DNA of 64,000 nt from Eimeria praecox (lineage: Eukaryota): assembly GCA_963920595.1 (NCBI GenBank), contig OY986949.1, forward strand, positions 1,984,001 through 2,048,000, in the 5' to 3' direction. Below are positions 49,152 to 61,016 of the stretch, in pieces. A program made the position numbers and the translations under genes. The first letter of the stretch is position 1; each line of letters opens with the position of its first letter. Below the pieces are notes generated by a model. The model made no database searches, was not told the origin of the DNA, and saw only the letters and a program-made list of their open reading frames with translations.

Positions 49152-52100
49152 ATGGCGGACAAGCTGCTTAACCGCAAGGGCGACTTGATCCGCGACCAGC
49201 TGGAGTGTAAGCCTGTCCCCATGGACACGAACGACCCCATGTACGACAGCGAAACTGAAGTAAGCTTAAGCGTCTTTTTAACGTAGCAAAAAACAGGTGG
49301 TAAACTGTCTCTTCGGAAAACCCGTGTTAAGACGGAGGACAGTGACCTCGCATTTTATTTCCCCAGTTTTTCCGCCTTCATCGCACTGCAGGATGACAAC
49401 TGCTTCTACCAAGTGATTGAAGTGGAGGCATGTGACTATCGCTCCACGATAAACAACCAGAGCTGCTTCTCCGTGTCAAGGGAACCTGGAGCACTTGTGC
49501 GTCCCCCCAAAACAGCGGAAGAGTTCCGCGCTGCTGTTGATGAGACTCTCAAGGGTAAGATATGCATCGTGCCCTTTTGCGGACATGAACGCGGAGTCCA
49601 ACGCGATGTCTATGCATACGTGTAGATACTAACGACAAGGCGGAGGAATTATTGCTAAGTTAGAGCCCTAATTTGTAGACTTTTGATTACCTGAAACAAG
49701 CTGTTTGCTGTATTGCGCGCAGCTTTCTTTGCTTGTGCGGACTCGGTTGATCTAGCTTCCCGGCTTCAAGCTTTGGATTGTCGCTGTTACCACGATGCTT
49801 TTGTCGTATACGCTGTCCGCGCCTCCCTTGACAGGAGCACAGAAGACCAACGGCGAATGAGTGCGGAATTTGCACTTCTGGCTGATAAGGGTCTTCTTAC
49901 GAGGCAGCAGCTCTGCAGGGCATTCGAAAAGCTTGTGCAAAGTGCGGATGACATTGAACTTGTAGGCTAGCACTGTCGATGCAGGATATTCCCGTATAGA
50001 TAGACGTTCCTAAGTGGTTTTGTGGGCTGTTAGATATTGAATGACGCGTTTCGAAGTATGCCCTAGTGCTAAGAATGGCAAGCCTGTTTGTTTTCGACTC
50101 CTCTTCGCGATTGCAGAGTGCGGACATGATGATGAAACGCAGCCAACTGCTTGGCATATGCCTGTATTTTGAATGGTGCATTCAGTCTTATTCCTCGTTT
50201 GCTTGGCCTTCAGGACGTGCCTGACGTGGCGAGTCGACTGTTTGCGTTTATAGAATGCGCATTGCTTGACAACTGCATCGGCGCCGATGTTCTCAGTCGC
50301 TTGCCTACCTCATTCGTCTCGAAGCTCGACCCCGCTGTTGTTGCAAGCAATATTGTCGTACAGGCGGCAGTGCGCCAGTAAGTTTTACCTCAGAATGAGG
50401 GGGCAGGCCGGCTTTTTCTGTACCATAGTGGCCTATCAGATTTATATGAAAAGAGAAGGAACCGATACGGCATTTGCACGCTCCTGCGGGTTCTGACTTG
50501 TGCAGGATGCAAGAGTTTAAAGCTGCCCTTTCGGAATTCTTGGAGGACGTTTTCGAAAGTGAAGGCGTGCAGGAAGCCGAGCTTTTTCTCCAAGCGCAGG
50601 ACAAACCACTTTGCCAGCATGAATTCGTTGCAAAGCTCGTTGTGGCTTCTTACTCAAGGGGCTCTAGGTAAGGGTGATTTGCTGCACATTTCGTCACGCT
50701 TCTCAAGGAATGATGAGGAGCGCGAATTCCACAGCAGCCACTTGCCTCAAGCCTACGGGCAGTAGGCTTTCCTTTACTGTGCAGCGTGAGAAGCTGTGCT
50801 CATGTAGACACAGTGCTCACCGACTGTCACGGATGCTTCCCATGCGCTCATTACATAATATTCTCGTGTGTCTGCGAAGGCTACCGGCTTTGCCTCTCAC
50901 GACATTGAGAGTTGCCGATCGGTGGAAGGTTTATGCGGTGCACCAGATTGTTTGCTGTGTTTGTTTGCTGTGTTTGCCAGGGACAGAGAACTCGCCAGCA
51001 ACATTTTGGACCGGCTTTACGGGAAGACATTGAAGCCTGACGACCTGCAGGTTGGATTCTCTCGCCTTGTTGGAGCAGTTGATGACCTCGCGTTGGATGT
51101 ACCGCAGGCTCACGACTTCCTGACGAAGAGTTTGGTAAGAGTTTCTAGATTGCATCTTTTGGCGCTGTATTGGTATCGCTCCCCGTGGATGCTGATTAGG
51201 GGGCTAGGTGGAATCTTCTCACCTGGTGTAGTGCAGCCACTCTTAGAACTTTGTTTATGAAGTACTTAGTCAGAGTTGAATGCACAGACACTCGTAGGCG
51301 GTGAAAACGGGGGAAGTATAACTTAGAATTTTGCTTATGCAAGAGCTCTTTACACTGAACTGTCGAGCCCGGGTGGAATATCGAGCTTATGCCGTGTTCC
51401 TACTGTTCTACTTGCGTGCAGGCTCGGGCAGTAGTAGATGAGCTGTTGCCCCCTGCGTTCTTGGGGGATCGGTATAGGCTTCACTTCGGGGGAAGTGGAG
51501 GCATGCAAGTCCTTAAGAAGGCGCAAAAGTGGCTTTGCGAACAGCCAGGGAAAGCCGCGAGTGAACGTTTTAGAAAGGTATCTGAAGTAGCTGCTGATTT
51601 TTATTAAGCTGTTGTGTGTGTATGACAACTATTCAGTTGTTTTTTGCCTTCCAAATAGGGGGTGCACTGGGATTGATCACCGTGCACTGCTGTGGCTACA
51701 CAACAGTTGCTACTCAAGCGTCCAAATTTGCTTCTTCTCAGCCTGCTGGACTCATCGCATAGCACCCTGTGATATGATTGTAAGTGCAGATATGGACAGG
51801 AACTGACCCAACCATGCGGGAAGCGCGTATTTTCAAGCATGAACTAAAAGCATGCATCCGCAAGTACCTCGATACGCTCGATGCTGCTGAGGCCGCAAAG
51901 GCAATCATAGATATGAACCTAGCGCCGGACCAGGTCAGCAGCTATCCGACTGCCATACGAAGCATTTAGTGTCGACTCTATACCTTCTTAGCAGGTCGTG
52001 TGTGCCATCAAGACAGCGAAGGGTGTGCGGCGAAGGGGATTTTATATATGCTGGCTTTTTCATCATGTGAGTACCACAGGATTCGGAGGTTGTACGCAAG

Positions 52101-52497
52101 GCCTATATTTTTTCAATGGAGCGGTCTAAGGATCCAGAGCAGGCCGCAAAAGCTGTAGTGGGGCTGCTCGAGCAATTACGTGCGCTAGGCGAGCTTGACC
52201 AGGAATGTATTATACAGGGTCTGGCACAAATCAAAGACCTGCTTCCTGACGTACGTCGCTTACGAACACATGATGATGCAGATGATACCAAAAGTCTCTC
52301 AACTACCAGCGGCTTGCAGCGTTTGGCATTGACTGTTGCACTGATCTGTGTGCTGCGCTTGTTCCCGCAATCAGATCGAGTTGGACGTGCCAAACGCCCA
52401 GCAGAAGATTTGCTATATGGTTGCTGCATCGCGGAATAAAGGGCTTCTGCCTGCTGACTATGTCTTCGCGGAGGAAGCAGTTGAAGATGGGCAGTGA
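49152..52497 (+). CDS. MA3-domain (PDCD4-like) translation regulator, 10 exons
   Basis: Exons 49152-49259, 49392-49554, 49723-49961, 50214-50377, 50506-50667, 50981-51134, 51422-51577, 51790-51933, 52080-52250, 52375-52497. PDCD4-type D..DPMYDS motif and three MA3-like repeats ending in DDIELDVPD, DDLALDVPQA and PDIELDVPNA, with ARAVVDELLPPAFL. Confidence 0.9.
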
Positions 52498-53354
52498 ACC
52501 AGTGAGACAGTGCTTCCATTTTTTCCCATTAAGCTCGTACGCTCCGAGCAGAGAGAGCATGAGGACTGACGGTGGATGGGGCTTGCTCTCAATTTGTAGT
52601 CTGGTTGTTCGCGGTGACCGATCTCCTTCGTCAGCTGACCGTTTGATAACGCAGTTTATACTGCAGGGCTATGCAGGCGCAAAGCTGGCTTGAGTTCGCC
52701 CTAGCAGTGATGTGGCACAGTGCATTGTGCTTGCTGGCACATAAGCCAGTGTAGCACTATGGCATCTTTCCCCTCTGCACCACACGTGCAAAGAGAGAAG
52801 CAGGAGGCAAGTGGCAGTGGGTATTGACCAAAACATATTCTGCCTACGCGTGTAGGGATGGGCTGTACTACCCCTCACCACGCGGAGTTTTCGAGTGTCT
52901 TCCCAACACCGCTCCCCGCAGCAGCGAGCGACGACGAAAGTCAGTATCCTCATTCCCTTCAAACCGTATAAGTTGCCTTGAATTGCTTCATGGACCATAA
53001 AGGGAAAAAGTGCATGGGATGTAAGCAGCATAAATCTACAGAATACGTTTTTTCGGATGTATATACGTATGCATTTATTCGATGCAAATTGCCGCAGGGT
53101 ACTGTGAATGTCTTCCGCTAATGCCCATATCGTGCAGCCTTTCAGCTTTTTTGCCGTGGTGGCAACAATGCCCTCAGTTGTACTCAAGTCAATGCTCCAG
53201 ATCGCACTTCAAAAGGGAGCAAAGCAAACTTAGCTGAAAATGCCAGGATAAATGCGTCTGGCAAGTGTTCCATCTACAAGGTACAAGCCACACTGGTGGT
53301 GGTAGCCATTTAAAATCGCATTTGCTGGATGCAAAGGGGAGCACAAGTTCGGCA

Positions 53355-56300
53355 CTATTGGGGAGCTTGCCGATGACATTCGGCGCACTGGCAGTGTGCA
53401 GCGTGCGAATACGTTATAACGAACTCTGGCAAAGCCTGAGCCCTTTCAAAAACTACAAACTCAACCCCGTCCACGACGCCACCACGTGTGCGGCATTCCG
53501 CCATCACTGCGAGCATTTGCACACAACAAACAGTAACAGCAAACAAGAAGCCCCTTTTGTATTTGATATGTGCTGGCCTGCTTAACATCGAATTCAGACT
53601 GTGCTTAGAGTAAGCTACGGCGACTAACGACCTCTGCCCCCACCCCTGTGAGGGTTGAAACGTACACGCAGTTTACCTGAATCATACGCCAACTTTGCTG
53701 TTGCGGAATCTGGCTTGTTGGGTGGCATGCGCGCATCCGGCATCGGCGATAGGGCCTTATATACTTCACCCAGACAGACCCGTGCCAGGAGCAAACAACG
53801 CGTGATTGGTTGTGGGGTTGATGATATTGGATGAAGCCCCTTCGTTCCAGCTTGCTGCGTCTTACTCCCCGTCGTGTCAATCTTCTGCTGCAAGCTGGCC
53901 GGCAGCAGATTTGAATGCTTCTGGCTGTTTAATGCCTGCCCGGATACTGAGGAGTCTTTCGACCGGCTTGTGTTACCCCCGCTGCCCTGTCTGGTAAGTT
54001 TTGCGCATACTGCCCGGAAGCGTCCCTTCTCCTTGTCCTTCTTCGAAGCCCCACCTGGTGTGGTCGGTGGTGCACTATTGCCTGCTGCTGTGCGCGCAGC
54101 GCTCGTGCTTCCCCTCCCGGAAGCCAGCCAGCCGCCTTTGCCAAATCGGAGACTACCGCACGTTTTGCCTGTGCCATGGCGAGGTGTCCCCACCGAACTT
54201 CCCCCCGTGCCCACATTTGTTGGAATGCTAGTCAGTACAGAAGAAGCAGTGGGCAGTCCTACTGGTGGCTGAGTCATGCGGGCAGGAAGGAACGGAAGGG
54301 TTGGCAAAGAGATGTGAAATGTGACAGCCGAAAATGGGGAAGGTCCAGTTGCTTTGCCCGAAAAGTCGTTGGGGCGCGTATACAGGTCCGCTTTGCTTGC
54401 ATGAGGAGAAAAGTAAGTGCCCACGCCGAACAGCTTACCTGAAGGAGGGAAACACCAAAAGAAGCATATATCCCGCTGGATTCACCTACCCGCAAGTGCG
54501 CCTTGTTTGTTCCGATGAGGAAGTGGAAAGGCTAATGCCATCACTAGTTCTAACCGAAGCTCGACTTATTACCTCCGTTTTCCCCTCCTCTGCGAAAATC
54601 GAACCCGGAGAGAGCTATCAATCCTGCACGCTCTTCGGTGCATCCATGGAAGAGGAAATACTCGTTCAAATGGGCCTGCAATACAGACACAGGAGGCATA
54701 TAAGCTAAAGTTGTGGATTGATGTTTACGTAATCGTAACCTGTGCATGAATCGCCACCACGATCTGCCGCACCAGAGGGGGGCAACTAATATGCTCTGAA
54801 ACGACGTCGGCTCGCTGGGCAGTCTTGGATACTCAAGGGATGCTCGATATATGCAGGAACTTGCCTGCGTTGGATGCGCTTGAACCTTAAGAATAGGATT
54901 AGGAATAGCCTCATCGAGGCTGCAGCCTCCCTTCGCATTCATCAGTAAAAGCATACTCCTTTCGTGAAGGTAACGCCGGGCCAGAAAGGCATTGCAAATT
55001 TTTTCGACTTTGTGGATCTGCAGTCCCAGTGCGCACGAAAGACAAAACAGAAAGTAAGGTGCATCCCAAACACTAGCCGATGTCTTCCGTAAGGCTTCGT
55101 TTTTGGGGGCAGACTCACCACAAAGATGGGAGGCTGGTGAAAAGAAACGCTATTGAAACGGTTAGGACTGCCAAGTGTAAGTTTCCCATCCTTCATCACC
55201 AGGTACGGCCTATACGATTGCAGCAAGGCGTGCTGCTGTGTCGGCCCAACGGGCATCGACGTATAATTTGATGGAGACACAAAGCTGCCAACTGGCGGGC
55301 GGTATACAGCGTAGGGAGGCACAGATTCTCTGTGCTCTGCAAGCGAAGAGTACACCTGTGTATCGGGCCAAAGCAGTTCACACGTGCCAATGCACTAGTA
55401 GGGCATATAATAACACATAATTGAGCAAGCAGCAACCTACCATTCCACTGACACTAACAAGCGTTGATAGACGCTTGTGAGCATAACTTAACATGTAAGC
55501 AGTAAACTGCAATGGAACTCTACAACCATACAGATGTACTGTCGTGCATTTCCCCCTCGTGCTTACCGCCGCTACGCAGAACTGGTAAAGAACATCCGAA
55601 GGAGACAGCACTGCTCTGGCGTTCTCGTAGTTCAAATTCCGCCCCATGCTAAATTCAACGATTGAAAAACTGCGTAAAATGTGCGACTGCGGGTGAAGGG
55701 AGGAGCGAATCATATTCGTTCGACACTTCCTCAAAATACGTCCGCTGCCCGTGGTTTCAACTTTTGTATCCATAGTTCTATTAGAACTTCGCCTGCGCTG
55801 CTGCTGGCTTTTCTCCCAGTTATATTCGAAGGATGCAACCCTCTTGCTTGCGCAAGGCATGCTGATGCTCCTGGTAAGTTCACCAGCCTCTTCCGCATCG
55901 CCTGGCTGCCCGCTGAGCAATTCATACAGGACTTCCTGGATACTGGAACACTGAGAACAGCGCACCGGCTGTGCCACTACCTCACCTGGTAAAGCCGAGG
56001 CAGCCTGCGAAGGAAATCGACACGTTAGTCCTGCATAATGTGAGGGAGGGCCGTGGGTTACGCAACCAACACAAAATCCATGCAATTCGGTAACTGCAGT
56101 AATGCAGCTAACAAGATGAAATGTAAGAGTACCTTTATTAGAGAAAACAAACTGATCCACGGCCCTGCAGGCTCTTCGCCCTCCCCGCTACCACCACTGT
56201 CGTTATCAGTGACTGTCAGTAAGGTCTCCACGTTTTCAAAGAAACAACTTCCTCTGTGACAGTGGCCTGTACTGCACTCATTACCCCGCATCTGCGAAGG

Positions 56301-59300
56301 CTCCACGGCCGCACTCCCTCTGGTTCCCACTGACGTGACAATGTTACTTCTGTCATCTTCCCTTACTCGGTGTGCTGAATTGGGCAGCACTGAACCCAGG
56401 AAGCTTGGCGATTTAATGACTGGGGACTCTGCCAGCAGCAACTCTTTCGCAGCCACGGGTTTGGCCGAATGCGACCCAGAAGAAGCTGTAACGCACTGTC
56501 GTGAGTCGTCGCTGAAAATCTCCCCGGCAATGCACCTCGGGGTGCTCCCCGCCGAATACTCGGCTGATTCGTTTACGCGCGACACAACTTCTCTCAATGC
56601 AGCAAGACAAGGATCGCGGCGTCGCGGGCTATTTGTACTGCACGGTGGGCACTCGCTGCTGCCAGGAACTCGGTCCCCATGGTGGCCTTTGCAGTAACAG
56701 CACGTACACGGCCTTATTGCTGAGTTCACCAAGGCAATGTCCACTGCTTCCATCAACGCTGAGGAAGCGATAGCAGACTGTGCAGCATTCGCCGCTACCC
56801 AAGAGGCCGCTGCAACGCGGACGCGGTGGTCACCGCTGCACAGAGCGGGCAGCAGCAAGCAGACAGCCGTGAGATGCCGCAAAAGTGCCTCCGTTCGCCG
56901 ATCTGCCGCTCTGGTTGCAAAAAGGAATCCCGTCTCCCCTGAGCTCTTCCTGCGCTCATTTATCCATCCATCAACGAGCCTTCAGCACACGAGGGAGCAG
57001 CAAATTATCCAAACACAGGATAGAATGTTCATGCACCAAGTACACCTGAGGTGTTGCTGTTCAGACTAGTTCTAACTAGCTACCATGTAAACCGGGCCTT
57101 ACGAGCTCGAACCATTTACGGGGTCGCGTACACCACTAGCTCGCAAACACACTGGTCCCTTGCCTACCTGAGGCGCACGAGGCCCTCTGCATTAATCTTC
57201 CTTTCGTATACTTCAACTAAAGTAGCCGAGGGCAGAGTGCGGCGGACCTGCCCTTCAATCTCCAGCGTAGGCCTCACATTCACCAAATAGCCGTCAGCTG
57301 TAAGAATCAAAAGGAGAACTTCGAGCACCTGTTACCCCTGAAGACTGCTAAGGCTGTATGTGAAGAAGGTTAATGCCAAAATATGTTTGCATAATGACTC
57401 CGTTTCTCCTGAAATGAGCTTACCAACGATTTCGTAGAGTACTGGACGGTCATAAGCAACCTCGCATTCGTCCACTCGCTCTATAAGCCCATCAAGGGTT
57501 ACCCAACCCTCATCCGTGCACACACGGAGGTGTACGCGCCGGTTCTGAGCGAAGCAATATAGGTTTTTCTTCGCCTTCCTGCCGCACAGACGTGCAAGGG
57601 GCATCGCATGAAGGTTGTCGCTCTCGCCCGGCCCCGAAGTGCCTAGCCCCGCTATCATGCAGTCGTCACCCGCCTCCAGGCTGCCACATGAAGGGATGCA
57701 GGACACTAAGCAAGCGTCGAGAACAGGAAAGACCTGTCGGCGTAAGAGGCGGCCTACTATGGGGGACCCCAGGTGAGGGGTCGCGCTGCAGCAGCATACA
57801 AAATTCGGTTCTAGAATATAAGCCATCCTAACCCCACAGTGCCTTCTCAGCAAGTTCCCAGCACACAAGGCCTTGGCTGAACCCCTCCATCAACGGTTAT
57901 CTTCAGCGTCAAACCAGCAGACACAAATGAGCACAGGTGTCAGCTCACCTCACTGGTATAGCGTGAGCACCCACTACACGAAACAGCATAAAGGAATGCT
58001 CCAGAGGGCTGAGACCTCCAACAAAAATGCTGCTCCGTGTGACTATTCTGCTGGAATCGGAATTAGTGCTTTGCGCCCTGTTGACGAAAGAATCAGACTC
58101 CACACGGAAGCTGCCGGCATTCGAAAGGTGAGACTTGGTAGCTTCTTGTAGGGCTTCCTCAAGTTTATGCATAGACGCAGCCGATATTAACTTGCCCAGG
58201 CTGCTGTAGCTCGTGCGCTCCTCCGACAGTTTGGCACATTCCTGAAAGCTGAGAAAGCGGGTAGCACGACAAGCGTAAACGGCTCCCCAGCCGGTCGAGA
58301 TGGCATCCTCAAGTTCGACTAAGCCATCTTTTTCTTCGTCAGCATCAACCGCCCTGTGCATGCTGTCTGGCACGGAAGTGCCCTTGAGGCGAGCTTGGCC
58401 AGACGTAGGGTCCCAAGACTGCTGCCGATTTGCAACTGCAGCGGAAACCTTCACAAAGCCAGATACACGATGCCTAAGTTTGGTTGCTCCAGCCTCTTCA
58501 TGCCCTAGCCTCCACGCCGAAACACGAGTAGGCTGCGGAAGCCGAATTATATGTAACGATGCCCCTGTTAACCAACCCTCAGCTGTCTTCAGCCGCAGTA
58601 GGTAAGATGCCTGGGCAACGTGGGCTCTCATGTCAAGCACCTGACGCATGGCAGCAGCATAGTGCGGCAAGCAAAAGCAGCGCACACCCGAAGGCTACGC
58701 GATCCCAGATTTTAGACTTGCAAAGGATGCATCTGTCTATGCGGTGCATTTTAGTATTACTTGGAGTTGAGCTGTGCAGCAAAATAACACCGGTTAGTGC
58801 TCCCCGTAGGCACAGCATACAGGTGTTGGGTAGCATAGCTCCTGGAGTGTGCTCTTCTTGCTGATTACACGGATCCTGATTGACAGGCCTTGCATACCTT
58901 AAAGAATGTCCCAGGGAATACATAGCCGAGTACGTCTGCACTGGGCTCGAGAGTGGGCTCCACTGGTAGGGGCAGTGCAGAGCAGCTCCTGTATATCAAG
59001 GCGAGTCCCTGAAGGCAAACAAAGCAAACACCTCCCAAACACAGGGTGAACAGCCTTACCGCGCACTACTGCTTCCCATTTTCTGCCCACATTTCTTTAC
59101 CGTGAAAAGCCCTCAAGAATAACGCCGAGGAAACGCTTTGCACCACCGCAAGCTTTGGGCGCCTCACGATGAAGCAACGCACTTCATTCGGCAGAGGGTG
59201 GTGGATCAAAGCTGCAATAATGTCCTCCTCCATGTATCCCAAACAGCTTGAGTAAGCCATGCACAGCGGGCCTCCCTTCTGAGAGTATGCTGCAACCTGC

Positions 59301-59737
59301 CAGGGGCGGCGCCTGAACTCCTCTTGGCCACTGGCGCAATTCACATTTCCTGCCCCACTAGTACTACCTTCCGTTTCCGTTAGGCCTCTGCCTGACGGGC
59401 TCTCGTCGCGTGAGACGGGCCTTTCTTGCAAAAAGCCAGCACTTCGGCCATGAGGCCTATCAAGCCAAGGGGTCGGCACCGAGCTACCGGCTTGGCCATC
59501 GCTGGCTGCTGGCTGCGGAAGGCGCCCCTTGTAGCACAGCCAAGCCCGCCGAAGCCTCTTCCGGCGCTCTCTCTGCTTGCTAGAAGACCGCCGATACGAC
59601 CTCCGGGGCGGATAATCGCAGTGGTTGCTGGGGTCAGCGGCAGCCACAAGCCAGGATCTCCTTTCGTGCAGACTGGCTAGGCGAGTTCCTCTAAGGCCAA
59701 ACCTGCCAATGTGTTTCTTCGACTGTACTGTCCCCAT
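53355..59737 (-). CDS. PARP (ADP-ribosyltransferase) catalytic-domain protein with an N-myristoylation motif and three SH3b-like repeats; multi-exon
   Basis: Starts MGTVQSKK. Exons 59737-59183, 59008-58898, 58640-57949, 57785-57424, 57297-57168, 56979-56133 join in frame; later exon boundaries are approximate. PARP motifs: IHKVEKICNAFLARRY, LNEYFLFHG, GFDFRRGG..LFGVGTYFS..SKADLY, LLLARVCLG, YDS, VEFVVFERAQALPEFVITY. Confidence 0.85.
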
Positions 59738-61016
59738 TCCTTAAGTAAAGATGGGGGAGGAGTCAACCACTACACAAAGGCAAGCCCGATTGCCCACATA
59801 AACCTCGATGTGGATAGCTTCTTGGCGAGCCCCCCAAGGCCTTAAAGCTACCTTCCGGCAGGTGGGATGTGCTATAGATTGTGTGAGGCTGCACTAGGAA
59901 GGGACGAAGTCAGAAAAGAGGACATGATTCCAGCGTCGGAAGCCCCATCGAGTTGCAGCAGCACCGGACCAGTTTGCATTGGTCGTGCTCACCTCCCGCG
60001 GTGCAAAAAGTAGGGGAACAACAGCAATCAACCCAAACAGTTAGACCTCATTTACCACAACAGTCGGTTTTTGAATATTAAAGAATCGAGTAGTTGGCAA
60101 AGTATGGGAATCCACCTGCGCCCCGCCCTGGAGGATACCCATCCGCCTTCTGGGGGGCAAGACACACGGACCATTACTGTACGCCCGGGCTCTAGCACAG
60201 TAGGCGAGTGCTAGTACTGCATGATTCCTTCTGGAAGCAGAAAAAATTTACCATTTAGAGTATCAAGAACTGATAACTTTACTGGGGGAAGCACGGGAAT
60301 TCGTGCTCTCCAGCTTCCACACGTAACAGGCAGCCTTACCACCGCTCTAGGAAGTGTGAGCACACCCGTACACCATCAATTTTGCGCTCATCATATGGTT
60401 TGCGCCAGCAACCGCTCTTTTGGCCTGCTTTTTATCTGCATGATGATCAGCCCGATTAGGGGTGATGACGCTGCCTAGTGCTTGCCGCCGTCGGTTAGAT
60501 CCCTGCACGGGGACATCCTTTGCACCCTTCAGATTCTTTCATACAGGTGAATTTTATGGCGCTATTGTACTCAATTTCCAGACCAAGATTTAGGATGTTC
60601 CAAGGAAGCGCACTCATGCAAAGAAGGAAGCAGGTAACATCAATTGGCGGTGTTACTGCTCCATCGAACATTCATTGAGGGCGTGCTTGTTAACAGTAAG
60701 CTTAGCGGTTGTTGTCAGTAGTAGGCATATAATCCTAGCATTTACAGCTATTGCCCTATTTAGCATACATGAGCAACAAATGTGCACATTCCAACCCTAA
60801 ACGCCACCAAAGAAACGTCGTAAGGGAGTGCGTTCTCTCCATGTTGGGGAAATGAGCACAAGACTGCCACTGCGGAATGGCTGTCACAAAACGTGCATAC
60901 CAGGGGAATTGGCCGGTATGCGCTATCTGTTCTGGAGGGTGAGGATGCTTGATGAAAAAGAGCAGGCCCGCCATGCCCGTGGCGTCACAAGGGAACGGAG
61001 GCCTCTAGTTGCGTTA

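Noticed and set aside
52270..52344. ATGATGA...CTGA (C/D-box snoRNA-like) in the last MA3-gene intron
   Set aside because: The terminal stem is weak and I could not recognise an rRNA-complementary guide. It is consistent with chance and would need small-RNA data.
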